Below, one piece after another: positions 29,094 through 39,908 of a DNA stretch of 64,000 nucleotides. Made by a program: the position numbers and the translations under genes. Location of the stretch: assembly GCA_038203745.1 (NCBI GenBank), contig JBBRDR010000001.1, forward strand, positions 12,357-76,356, written 5' to 3'. How positions within the stretch are numbered: the first letter of the stretch is position 1; every line of letters begins with the position of its first letter. The DNA comes from Burkholderiales bacterium. Its GTDB lineage: Bacteria; Pseudomonadota; Gammaproteobacteria; Burkholderiales; Rhodocyclaceae. The notes beneath the pieces were generated by a model. The model ran no database searches. It saw only the letters and a program-made list of their open reading frames with translations, and was not told the origin of the DNA.

Positions 29094-30632
29094 ATGCAAT
29101 TGAATCCTTCCGAGATCAGTGAGCTGATCAAGAACAAGATTCAGAATCTGGATGTGGGCGCCGAAACCCGGACTCAGGGTACTGTCGTCTCGGTAACCGA
29201 TGGTATCTGCCGCATACATGGCCTAGCCAATGCGATGCAGGGCGAAATGCTCGAATTCCCAGGCGGAACTTTCGGAATGGCGCTGAATCTTGAGCGTGAC
29301 TCGGTCGGTGCGGTGGTGCTCGGAGAGTACGAACAGATTACCGAAGGCGATACGGTCAAGACAACCGGCCGCATCCTTGAAGTTCCCGTGGGCCCAGAGT
29401 TGCTCGGTCGTGTGGTTAATTCGCTCGGCCAGCCGATTGACGGCAAAGGGCCGATAAACGCCAAGCTGACTGACAAAATTGAAAAGGTTGCGCCCGGCGT
29501 GATCTGGCGCAAGTCGGTTTCGCAACCGGTACAAACCGGTTTGAAGTCAATCGATGCGATGGTACCGATCGGTCGAGGCCAGCGCGAGTTGATCATTGGT
29601 GACCGTCAGACCGGCAAGACAGCGGTAGCGGTTGATACCATCATCAACCAGAAGGGCAAGGATCTGATTTGTATTTACGTGGCGATCGGTCAGAAAGCAT
29701 CGACCGTCGTCAACGTGGTACGCAAGCTCGAAGAGCATGGGGCGATGCATTACACCATCGTCGTTGCCGCGACGGCGGCCGAGTCGGCCGCTCTCCAGTA
29801 CATTGCGCCGTACTCCGGCTGCACCATGGGCGAATATTTCCGTGATCGCGGACAAGATGCGCTGATCATTTATGATGACTTGACCAAGCAGGCTTGGGCG
29901 TATCGTCAGGTTTCACTGCTTTTGCGTCGTCCGCCTGGGCGTGAAGCTTACCCCGGCGACGTTTTCTATCTGCACTCACGTTTGCTTGAGCGTGCGGCTC
30001 GTGTTTCTGAGGAGTGGGTTGAAAAATTCACCAACGGCGAAGTCAAGGGTAAAACCGGTTCGCTGACAGCTCTGCCGATCATTGAGACACAGGCTGGCGA
30101 CGTATCGGCTTTCGTGCCGACCAACGTCATCTCGATTACTGACGGCCAGATCTTCCTTGACACCGACCTCTTCAACGCTGGCGTGCGTCCCGCTATTGAC
30201 GCCGGTATCTCGGTGTCACGAGTGGGTGGTGCAGCGCAGACCAAAGTCATCAAGAAGCTTGGCGGTGGCGTACGCTTGTCGCTTGCCCAGTATCGCGAAT
30301 TGGCGGCCTTTGCACAGTTCGCTTCTGACCTTGACGATGCAACGCGCAAGCAGCTTGATCGTGGCCGCATGGTCACTGAACTGATGAAGCAGCAGCAGTA
30401 TTCACCGATGTCCATTTCCGAAATGGCCATCACCCTGCATGCAGTGAACAAAGGTTTGTTTGACGATGTTGAAGTGAAAAAAGCACTGGATGTCGAGAGG
30501 CAGATGCAGGTTTACGTCAAACAGAAACACGCCGATCTCATCAGCAAAGTCGAGAAGAGCAAAGAACTTGATGCTGACGCTGAGCAAGAGCTCACCAAAG
30601 CGATCGAGGAGTTCAAGGCCACGCTGGCCTGA
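29094..30632 (+). CDS. atpA: ATP synthase F1 alpha subunit
   Basis: GDRQTGKT and [22 protein letters not shown]. Confidence 0.98.
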   Translation: MQLNPSEISELIKNKIQNLDVGAETRTQGTVVSVTDGICRIHGLANAMQGEMLEFPGGTFGMALNLERDSVGAVVLGEYEQITEGDTVKTTGRILEVPVGPELLGRVVNSLGQPIDGKGPINAKLTDKIEKVAPGVIWRKSVSQPVQTGLKSIDAMVPIGRGQRELIIGDRQTGKTAVAVDTIINQKGKDLICIYVAIGQKASTVVNVVRKLEEHGAMHYTIVVAATAAESAALQYIAPYSGCTMGEYFRDRGQDALIIYDDLTKQAWAYRQVSLLLRRPPGREAYPGDVFYLHSRLLERAARVSEEWVEKFTNGEVKGKTGSLTALPIIETQAGDVSAFVPTNVISITDGQIFLDTDLFNAGVRPAIDAGISVSRVGGAAQTKVIKKLGGGVRLSLAQYRELAAFAQFASDLDDATRKQLDRGRMVTELMKQQQYSPMSISEMAITLHAVNKGLFDDVEVKKALDVERQMQVYVKQKHADLISKVEKSKELDADAEQELTKAIEEFKATLA

Positions 30633-30650
30633 TCGATCAAGGAGATTGCC

Positions 30651-31517
30651 ATGGCGAGCGGCAAGGAAGTACGTAACAAGATCAAAAGCGTAGAAAGTAC
30701 GCGCAAGATCACTAAGGCTATGGAGATGGTGGCCGCATCGAAAATGCGCAAGGCGCAGGATCGTATGCGTGCAGCCCGTCCCTACGGCGAAAAAATCAGG
30801 CGTGTGGCCGGTAACCTGTCACATGCGCTGACCGACTACAGTCACCCTTTTCTCGTCGTGCGTGAGGAGGTGAAGTCGGTCGGCTTGATTGCCATCACAT
30901 CGGACAAAGGGCTGTGCGGCGGCTTGAACACCAATATTCTGCGTCTGGCCTTGAGCAAGATGAAAGAATGGGATGCCGAGGGGAAAAAGCTGCAAGTCAC
31001 GGCCGTCGGCAACAAAGGCTTTAGCTTCATGATGCGTACCGGTGCCAACATGGTGTCGCACGTTGTCGGGCTGGGCGATACGCCGCATCTCGAAAAATTG
31101 ATCGGGCCGGCCAAAGTTCAGCTGGACGCCTATATCAACGGCGAGATTGACGTTCTGTACATTGCTTATACCCGCTTCGTGAACACCATGAAGCAGGAGC
31201 CCGTGATCGAACAACTGTTACCGCTCTCCGGCGATCTGGTGGGAAGCCAAAGTAAGAAACGTTGGGATTACATCTACGAGCCTGATGCCAAAGCGGTGAT
31301 CGACGATTTGCTGTTGCGCTACGTCGAGGCCATGCTGTATCAGACCGTGGCTGAGAACATGGCGTCCGAGCAGAGCGCACGTATGGTGGCCATGAAATCT
31401 GCATCGGATAATGCCAAGAATGTGATTGGCGAGCTCAAGCTGGTTTATAACAAAGCTCGTCAGGCCGCAATCACCCAGGAACTTTCAGAAATTGTCAGCG
31501 GCGCTGCTGCTGTCTGA
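30651..31517 (+). CDS. atpG: ATP synthase F1 gamma subunit
   Basis: [13 protein letters not shown] and [12 protein letters not shown]. Confidence 0.98.
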   Translation: MASGKEVRNKIKSVESTRKITKAMEMVAASKMRKAQDRMRAARPYGEKIRRVAGNLSHALTDYSHPFLVVREEVKSVGLIAITSDKGLCGGLNTNILRLALSKMKEWDAEGKKLQVTAVGNKGFSFMMRTGANMVSHVVGLGDTPHLEKLIGPAKVQLDAYINGEIDVLYIAYTRFVNTMKQEPVIEQLLPLSGDLVGSQSKKRWDYIYEPDAKAVIDDLLLRYVEAMLYQTVAENMASEQSARMVAMKSASDNAKNVIGELKLVYNKARQAAITQELSEIVSGAAAV

Positions 31518-32954
<1,437 letters not shown>

Positions 32955-32981
32955 GCCTTTACGCTCAATCGGAAAGAAACC

Positions 32982-33404
32982 ATGCCACTCAGAGTTCATG
33001 TAGACGTTGTCAGTGCTGAAGAATTGATTTTCTCCGGTGAGACCGACTTCGCGGTATTTCCTGGCGAGGCCGGCGAGTTGGGCATCTACCCGCGCCACAC
33101 GCCATTGCTGACGCGTATCAAGCCCGGCACTGTGCGTTTGAAAATACCTGATCGTGATGAATATGAGCTGGTCTATGTCTCCGGCGGGATACTTGAAGTC
33201 CAGCCGACGCTGATTACCCTGCTGGCTGACACGGCGATTCGCGCGCACGATCTGGATGAAGCCAAAGCCATCGAATCCAAGCAGCGTGCCGAAGAAGCGC
33301 TGAAGAATCGAGCCGCGGATGTCAGCTATGCCTCGGCAGAGGCCGAACTGGCCATTGCCATCGCGCAGTTGCAGACGATCAAGAAAGGTCGCAAACACCA
33401 TTGA
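32982..33404 (+). CDS. atpC: ATP synthase F1 epsilon subunit
   Basis: [19 protein letters not shown] and [10 protein letters not shown]. Confidence 0.97.
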   Translation: MPLRVHVDVVSAEELIFSGETDFAVFPGEAGELGIYPRHTPLLTRIKPGTVRLKIPDRDEYELVYVSGGILEVQPTLITLLADTAIRAHDLDEAKAIESKQRAEEALKNRAADVSYASAEAELAIAIAQLQTIKKGRKHH

Positions 33405-33428
33405 TCGGCTAGTCCGCAATCATGACAG

Positions 33429-33455
33429 AAGGCAGGCGTCAGCCTGCCTTTTTTT
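33429..33455 (+). terminator. Intrinsic terminator of the atp operon
   Basis: AAGGCAGGC-gtca-GCCTGCCTT followed by a T run (33449-33455). Confidence 0.9.
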
Positions 33456-33497
33456 CTGCCGGACTGCTCGCTCGATTATTGCTCACGCAGGAATGCA

Positions 33498-34376
33498 ATG
33501 GAACTTGTATTTCGCATCATTGGAATTGTTACTCCGGTACTGATCATTTCAGTCATCGGTTACGCTTACGGACGTCTCCGTCGGCCGGACATGACGTGGA
33601 TTAACCGTCTGTGCACCGACTTGTTATTCCCCATGCTGATTTTCACAGCCATGGTTTCCAGAGATTTCCACATTTTGGAGTATCTGCCACTAATCGGTGG
33701 TGGCCTGATTGTGATGTTTGGTTCCGGGCTCATAGCCTGGGGAGCGGCAAAAATTCTGGGTTATAACCCGCATGCCTTTATTCCCCCCATGATGTTCACT
33801 AATGTGGCGAATATGGGATTGCCGCTCACCTTGTTTGCATTCGGCGAATCGATGGTGCCTGCTGCCGTCGCCTTGTTCATGACTTTCAGCCTGTTTCAAT
33901 TTACGTTGGGAATACGGATTTGTGATCCCAAAGGCAGTATCAGCGGGATTCTCAAAGGGCCAATGCTGTGGGCCATGATCATTGGCGTGCTGGGTAGCCT
34001 GGTCGGCCTGTCATTACCCCAATGGTTGGCGACAAGCACCAAGATGCTGGGTGACACGGCCATTCCGCTGGGTTTGTTTACGCTAGGGGTGGGCTTTGCG
34101 AGTTTCAAGGTAGAGCGCTGGAATATCGGTATTGTTGGAGCCTTGCTCTGCCCGATATCGGGTTTGCTTATCGCTTGGCCCTTGGTCAAAATTATGCCGC
34201 TGACCGAGCCAATGAAACAACTCTTGCTGCTCTATGCGGCCTTGCCGCCAGCCGTAATGACCTATATCTTTGCAGAGCAGTACAAGCAGGATCCGGGACT
34301 GGTCTCAGCAATCGTGGTTGCCGGGAACATTGCTTCTTTGGCTTTTATTCCGTTCGCTCTGTATCTGGCTTTTTAA
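33498..34376 (+). CDS. AEC (auxin efflux carrier) family membrane transporter
   Basis: About ten TM segments with FTNVANMGLPL, LGDTAIPLGLFTLG and AALPPAV motifs. Confidence 0.88.
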   Translation: MELVFRIIGIVTPVLIISVIGYAYGRLRRPDMTWINRLCTDLLFPMLIFTAMVSRDFHILEYLPLIGGGLIVMFGSGLIAWGAAKILGYNPHAFIPPMMFTNVANMGLPLTLFAFGESMVPAAVALFMTFSLFQFTLGIRICDPKGSISGILKGPMLWAMIIGVLGSLVGLSLPQWLATSTKMLGDTAIPLGLFTLGVGFASFKVERWNIGIVGALLCPISGLLIAWPLVKIMPLTEPMKQLLLLYAALPPAVMTYIFAEQYKQDPGLVSAIVVAGNIASLAFIPFALYLAF

Positions 34377-34401
34377 GCCCCCCGGAATTATTGTTTGATA
34401 T

Positions 34402-34606
34402 GAAAACCGTACATTGCGGCGCACTGGTATTCCGGAAAGCTTGTTCAAGCTAAGAAACGAACTGTGTCTCAGATCGACCCATTGGAGACAGTCGAGGAGA
34501 GTGGAAGCAGACCTTGGCCTGGAACCCTCAAAAATAGAAAGCTGCCATTCGTTATGCCTTGGTGCTGTTCTCGTCTGGAAGGCGGCTATGCAGCGTTTTC
34601 GCCATT
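34402..34606 (-). repeat. Left degenerate modular repeat unit (five AAYG-type cores)
   Basis: Minus-strand cores start at 34606 (AATGGCG..CGCTGCATAGCCG), 34549 (AATGGCAGCTTT), 34515 (AAGGTCTGCTT), 34492 (ACTGTCTCCAATGGGTCGATCTGAGAC) and 34415 (AATGTACGGTTTT). Confidence 0.6.
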
Positions 34607-34691
34607 GGCATCTCGTGGGCATGAGATCTGAGCGGAGTGTTATCGTGTAGACTGGAACATTCCGACGGAATTCAGCATCAGGGGGAAAGAA

Positions 34692-36410
34692 TTGGACAAG
34701 ATAACAAAATCTCTGCTGGACACATTTGCAGGCCAATTTGAGCTGGAGAAGCTTGACGAACACGTGCAATTCGAACACTTCGCAAACTACGCAATCATCT
34801 CCAAACTCAATAGGTCAACATTCGACCTTGATGACATTCACGTTGGCAGCGGTGGCGACTGTGCAATCGACGGGATTTGTCTCGTCGTAAATGGAAAGAT
34901 TATTACTGACGCGGATGAACTGCGTGAAATTGTTGAGGGGCCTCAACATCTCGATGCTGACGTTATCTTTATCCAGGCAAAAACCACTTCATCATTTAGT
35001 GGGTCAGATATTGGATCGTTCATTCATGGAGTAAAGGACTTTCTTTCCGATACGCCAAAACTTGTTCAGAACCGCAAGATAAAAGAGGCAAGGTTTCTGT
35101 GGGACGCCGTAATATCAATGTCGTCCTACATGGTGGAGCGCCGCCCTCACTGCAAGCTGTTCTATGTCTGCACGGGAAAATGGATTAGTGACCAAAACCT
35201 ACAGGCGATCATTGACAGCGGGAAGAAGGAGATCGAATCTACTGGTTTATTCGATGATGTAGTCGTATCGCCCAACGGGGCGAACGAGATTCAGAAGCTA
35301 TATCACGAGACCAAGAACAAGCTTTCGACCACAATAACGTTCGTAAGCAGAATAACCCTTCCGGATATTGAAGGGGTCAAAGAGGCATACTTGGGGATTG
35401 TGCCTTTCCAAGAGTTCATCAAGTTAATACAAGATGAAAACCAAACAATTCACAGCATATTCGATGACAACGTTAGGGATTTCCAAGGGGAAAACTTTGT
35501 CAACAGAAAAATAAAGGAAACGCTGCTTCAACGAAAGTTTGACCTCTTTTGCTTACTAAATAATGGTGTAACAGTAGTTGCTTCGTCACTGACCCCAGCC
35601 GGAAACCGTTTCACCTTGCGAGACTATCAGGTTGTCAATGGTTGCCAGACTAGCAATGTTCTACACGAATGTCAGGGTATCGACGGGGTCGAGGCTGTTA
35701 ACGTACCTCTCAGAATCATTGTCACGGAAAGTGACGATATCAAGACAGAGATTACGCTCGCCACAAATAGCCAGACAGAGGTTAGGACGGAACAACTTGA
35801 GGCGCTCAGCGTGTTTCAGAAGCGCCTTGAACTTTATTATGCTGCTGAAAAAAACTCTATCACTCTCTTCTACGAACGACGCTCCCAACAGTACAACGCT
35901 CTCCCAAGTATAAAGCGGACACAGATTATTACGATTCCGATCCAGATCAAGTCGTTTGCGTCGACGTTCTTGCAGTCTCCGCATTTAGTATCTGGTTACT
36001 ACGGCACGATCGTAAATCGTTTTAAAGGACAGATATTTGCCGACGATCACAAGTTCTTACCCTATTACGTCAGCGCCCTTTGCTACTTCAGAATTGAGCA
36101 GTTTTTTAGAAGCGGCGAATTATCGTCTGACTTTAAGAAAGCACGCTTTCATTTAATGATGGTTGTGAAATTGCTTGCGATGCGCGGTGTGGAGTTACAG
36201 CTCAATAGCAATAAAATTGAACAGTTTTGCGAGAGTTTCAAGAAGACTCTTCTTGACGAAAAAGAGGCTCTTGCCCTGTATCTGCAAGCGAGCCAACTCT
36301 ATGAAAAGTCAGGGCTCGACATGACTAAGAGGCAATACAAGTCCGAATCAGAAACTGAAATGCTTGTGAATGCGGTGATGATGTTCCTAAAGAGCGAGGT
36401 GAATCCTTAA
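34692..36410 (+). CDS. AIPR family (abortive infection phage resistance) protein
   Basis: IFDDNVRDFQG, LNNGVTVV, VVNGCQTS and ATNSQ core; N-terminal GDCAIDG...IQAK nuclease-like motif; TTG start with purine-rich RBS. Confidence 0.88.
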   Translation: MDKITKSLLDTFAGQFELEKLDEHVQFEHFANYAIISKLNRSTFDLDDIHVGSGGDCAIDGICLVVNGKIITDADELREIVEGPQHLDADVIFIQAKTTSSFSGSDIGSFIHGVKDFLSDTPKLVQNRKIKEARFLWDAVISMSSYMVERRPHCKLFYVCTGKWISDQNLQAIIDSGKKEIESTGLFDDVVVSPNGANEIQKLYHETKNKLSTTITFVSRITLPDIEGVKEAYLGIVPFQEFIKLIQDENQTIHSIFDDNVRDFQGENFVNRKIKETLLQRKFDLFCLLNNGVTVVASSLTPAGNRFTLRDYQVVNGCQTSNVLHECQGIDGVEAVNVPLRIIVTESDDIKTEITLATNSQTEVRTEQLEALSVFQKRLELYYAAEKNSITLFYERRSQQYNALPSIKRTQIITIPIQIKSFASTFLQSPHLVSGYYGTIVNRFKGQIFADDHKFLPYYVSALCYFRIEQFFRSGELSSDFKKARFHLMMVVKLLAMRGVELQLNSNKIEQFCESFKKTLLDEKEALALYLQASQLYEKSGLDMTKRQYKSESETEMLVNAVMMFLKSEVNP

Positions 36411-36479
36411 GAGGGCGCCAACGCCGATCACATAGCCCAACCCAAGCCGCAAGACTAACCTTTCATTTCAGATTTCGTG

Positions 36480-36505
36480 ACCGTCAGCTTTGCTTGATCT
36501 CTGTC
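36480..36505 (+). repeat. Weak internal copy of the terminal repeat module between the two islet genes
   Basis: ACCGTCAGCTTTGCTTGATCTCTGTC versus AGCGGCAGCTGATGGCCGATCTCGGAC (39774-39800), about 18/27 by eye. Confidence 0.3.
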
Positions 36506-36534
36506 TGACCTCCCAAAACCACCTACTGTAGGTT

Positions 36535-39330
36535 GTGCGCGTGACCGTCGAAACTGAACCCGCTCCGGTCCTTGACCCAAAGCAACTGACCCGTATCGAG
36601 TCAGTTCATCGTGGGTTCATGTACCAGCATTTGTACGCAACGGGCTGCCTCCTCACAGCTTATGGGCACGTACTGTCTGTTCGCGTTGAAAGAGACGAAG
36701 ACATCGAGGTCGTTGTGGAAGGGGCGGTCAACTATATCCAGGTCAAAACGCGATCTAGTCCCCTTGCCTATGGCGACATAGAAGGAGCGCTGGAACGCTT
36801 CAAAACCCTCGGCGATGCCCATCGCGCCGGGCAACGCACCGGCGAGGCGCGGTTTGTCTTCGTCTCCAACGCAACTCCGTCGGACGCCCTGCTCCAGAAG
36901 CTCAACTCTGTGCCGCTGCCGCCCGATGTTTCGCTTGTTTGGCCGCAAGGTATTCTCGGACCGGCTGTCGATGGCCTCCCGGCGGCATGGCCAGACATAC
37001 CTGCTGCGGTTGCCTGGTGCACGAAAGCCGCAGAAAAGCTGCCCCTCAGATTCATTGCCTCGGAATCGCTAGTCTGGAAAATCGCCGCGCATGCCACCCT
37101 CGCGGCTAGTGGGACAGCCCCTTACCAGGACCACAGTTTTCAGGTCAGCGAACTGCCGACCCTCTTCGAGCAAATTCTTATCCAACTGCAGGAGTTCCCG
37201 GAACCACTGCAGCACTATCGCCCGCTGCAAGACGAACCTCCGCTTGAATCCAATGCGCATTTGAGGATTGTCTCCGGATTCTCAGGGGCGGGAAAAACTT
37301 CATGGGCTGCGCAATCGGCAGCGCACGCGGCTAATAGCTGCGTCTATTACGATGCGGCCGACACGCCACCCGCCGCACTGGCGTCGGCACTCGTCCGCGA
37401 AAGCGCAGCGCAGTTGCGATCGGCAACGTTGCCGTTAGAGCGCGTCCTTGCGCACGGCGCCACGGGACTTCAGTCGCTGCGCGCACTCGACGAAGCTTTG
37501 AGTGGTTGGGCACGGCCGCCAATTCTGGTGATCGATAATGCCCACAACCTGCCCGCGGCGGAGCTGCACCAAATCAGCAACGCGACAAAGCATATCCGGC
37601 TGGTACTTCTAAGTCATCCTGCTGCGATGATCGCAGAGCTGGAAGCTCTTACCGGGGCAAGCCGTGAGGAACTTAAGGGCTGGTCCGTGGAAGATGTCGC
37701 TGCGGAAACGACTGCGCTTGGTTGCCGCGGCCCACTTGCAGTAATGGACCGACTTCGCGCGCTGACGAGCGGTTATCCCCTGTTTGTCCAGGGTGCAGCG
37801 CATCTGGCGGCCCTTGAATACGCGGGTGATCTGGACACGTTTTGTTCGTCGCTTGAACACGGCACCCACGGGACCGCAACACCGCAGGAAACAATTTTGG
37901 CTCGGGTCTTCGATGCCCTTGAGCAGCCGGTGCGTCAAGCCGCAGGCCTGCTCAGTCTCGCGGATTTTTCTCTCAACCGCATTGAAGCTGCACAATTGCT
38001 GCTCGATTGCATGGGCCTTGAGGAGGCGTCAGCGTCCGGAATACTGCGCCAATTGCGGACGCGTGGCCTGCTGCAATTTTCGATGGGGGGGCGCGTTCGA
38101 CTCCATGATGCGCTACACATATTGGGTATGTCATATTTGCAGTCTCAAGGAACCGAACCCGCTAGGAAAGGGATGGAGTCCCTCCGCAGAATCGTTTTCA
38201 AATCACTTACCGAAGAACGAGATGTATCCAGATTAGGGGCGTTCGCACGCTTGCTCGTCTCATTAAATGACCTCGAACCACTCATCGAATTGATCGGTGA
38301 GGAGCTTTTTCACGAGCTAGGGGTAATCCCGGAAGTGATTGCTGCCCTGGAGCGCGCTCTCGCCGCGGGCCAATTGACTCCGGAACAACAATTCTGGGCG
38401 CATGACGGGCTTATCTTCGCAGCAATGAAGCATGGGGGTGGCCAGGCGGCATCGGAAAAAGCCAAACAATCGCTTGAGGCAATGGAAAGGTTGCGCGCCG
38501 AAGGTGCGCTGACGACCCGCCACGAGGCTTCGCTGTGGATGAAACGTATGCTCTACGAGGCGGAGCATCGCAACGCGGAAGGCGTGATGAATGCCCTTGG
38601 GAAAGTCCAGGCGGTCATACCGAAGGACAGAGCACATCTTCGAATCGCCAATTACAACGCGGCTCACGCGCTGTTCAAGCTGGGTAAGCACGAGCATGCG
38701 GAATCGATCGCGCAGGAGCTTGTCCCGGAATACTACGAGTTGCTTGGAATTGACCCGTCAGACGTTCTGGGTGTGACACAAAGCAAGCTTGCAGAGAAGC
38801 TCCGCGAACAAGATGCCGATAGTCAGGACATCAAGCACCTAGCCGATACGCTTGAATTGCTTGCTATGGCGCAGCGGGAGCAAGGGAATCGAAAATCTCT
38901 AGCGCGCGTTCACGCAATGCGATTCTATGAACTTGCTATGGCAGTGGATTCCGTGGTTCGAACCGGCCTTGATTTAGTCGATGACTTCGTCTGGATTAAC
39001 GACTTTGCCGGGGCGCGCCAAGTGATGGAAGATCATGTTCTCCCATATGTGCGGAATTACAAGCTGACCTCGAAATTGCTCGATGCACGCAGTCTGTATG
39101 CCATCGTTTTAGGTTATTCCGGGCACTTCGACGAGGCGGAACGGGAAATGCAACGTATTGCTCCGATAATCAGCGATGCCCCGCAAGAAATGCAAGAGCA
39201 ATTTGCGAGACAGAATGCTCTGATTGCCGAGATGCGCGTCAATGGAGTGCCGCGGCAGCGGCAGTTGCCGGGAGGAAAGCCCGCGTGCGTCTGCTCCAGC
39301 AAGAAAGGCCGGGAAGGTGGGACGCAATGA
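36535..39330 (+). CDS. Cap4/Mrr-like nuclease - STAND NTPase - TPR protein (Avs/NLR-like)
   Basis: HRGFMYQ..DEDI..YIQVKT (PD-(D/E)xK type), Walker A GFSGAGKTS, Walker B ILVIDNAH, GYPL, winged-helix RLHDAL and a helical repeat C-terminus. Confidence 0.8.
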   Translation: MRVTVETEPAPVLDPKQLTRIESVHRGFMYQHLYATGCLLTAYGHVLSVRVERDEDIEVVVEGAVNYIQVKTRSSPLAYGDIEGALERFKTLGDAHRAGQRTGEARFVFVSNATPSDALLQKLNSVPLPPDVSLVWPQGILGPAVDGLPAAWPDIPAAVAWCTKAAEKLPLRFIASESLVWKIAAHATLAASGTAPYQDHSFQVSELPTLFEQILIQLQEFPEPLQHYRPLQDEPPLESNAHLRIVSGFSGAGKTSWAAQSAAHAANSCVYYDAADTPPAALASALVRESAAQLRSATLPLERVLAHGATGLQSLRALDEALSGWARPPILVIDNAHNLPAAELHQISNATKHIRLVLLSHPAAMIAELEALTGASREELKGWSVEDVAAETTALGCRGPLAVMDRLRALTSGYPLFVQGAAHLAALEYAGDLDTFCSSLEHGTHGTATPQETILARVFDALEQPVRQAAGLLSLADFSLNRIEAAQLLLDCMGLEEASASGILRQLRTRGLLQFSMGGRVRLHDALHILGMSYLQSQGTEPARKGMESLRRIVFKSLTEERDVSRLGAFARLLVSLNDLEPLIELIGEELFHELGVIPEVIAALERALAAGQLTPEQQFWAHDGLIFAAMKHGGGQAASEKAKQSLEAMERLRAEGALTTRHEASLWMKRMLYEAEHRNAEGVMNALGKVQAVIPKDRAHLRIANYNAAHALFKLGKHEHAESIAQELVPEYYELLGIDPSDVLGVTQSKLAEKLREQDADSQDIKHLADTLELLAMAQREQGNRKSLARVHAMRFYELAMAVDSVVRTGLDLVDDFVWINDFAGARQVMEDHVLPYVRNYKLTSKLLDARSLYAIVLGYSGHFDEAEREMQRIAPIISDAPQEMQEQFARQNALIAEMRVNGVPRQRQLPGGKPACVCSSKKGREGGTQ

Positions 39331-39385
39331 CCCGTGACCCTGTGGCTCAGGTCGAAAGTTCAAGAAGTACCACGGCGCGAATTGA
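39314..39385 (+). pseudogene. Decayed SEC-C metal-binding tail of the STAND gene
   Basis: The +1 frame reads KVGRNDP*PCGSGRKFKKYHGAN*, against the SEC-C consensus [21 protein letters not shown]. Confidence 0.85.
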
Positions 39386-39513
39386 GTCCGCGTGGCTTTT
39401 CTCTTTCAGCGCATCGATCGCGTCAGATAGCTCGGCGATACCATATCGATTTCATGGAGAGGTACGGCTTATTCGGAAGCTCCAAGTAGTCGTTTGAGGC
39501 GATTCTCGCGCCT

Positions 39514-39908
39514 AAAGTCGCTTATCTGCACTTTGCGGCCGTTGATATATCAGTGCTTCAACTACCGGATTGGCCGACGGGCTGTCGGTGAGTAATCGGT
39601 TTGTATGACTGCTCGACAGCAAGCCGTCGTTCAGGGCCGGGCAAATCCATGCCAGCCAATGACAGCAGTCGCTGCGTAGCCGAAGTTAAACCAAAACAAA
39701 TCGGCGGCGCCGATTGAATGACCGTTATGGAGAACGACCGCACGTTGAGCGGCCGGTTTGGAGAAGAAACCCGAGCGGCAGCTGATGGCCGATCTCGGAC
39801 AAATCGTATCACTAAAATCCTAAAGACGATGACATTGTGCGTCGCACAATGCGCATCAATTGGGGATTACGGATAGGGGTTTCCCGGTGATCAACTGCAG
39901 CTTTCGAA
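39514..39908 (+). repeat. Right degenerate modular repeat array
   Basis: Plus-strand cores at 39560, 39604, 39658, 39717, 39733, 39748, 39774, 39848 and 39893 (AACTGCAGCTTTCG, abutting the ubiJ stop); one minus-strand copy at 39543-39514. Confidence 0.6.

Noticed and set aside
36435-36538. Integron attC (GCCCAAC ... GTTGTGC) between AIPR and the STAND gene
   Set aside because: R' does not fit GTTRRRY, no complementary L''/L' boxes are present, and there is no integrase.
39335-39337. TGA as selenocysteine in the SEC-C motif
   Set aside because: It is out of frame with the gene, the last Cys is also mutated, and no SECIS-like hairpin is evident; decay is the simpler explanation.
39558-39812. 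84-aa minus-strand ORF and 34305..34778 minus-strand ORF in the islet flanks
   Set aside because: They run through the repeat modules, lack an RBS and motifs, and are likely chance open frames.
39556-39908. CRISPR array
   Set aside because: Repeats are highly degenerate with irregular 15-75 bp spacing, and no cas genes are present.
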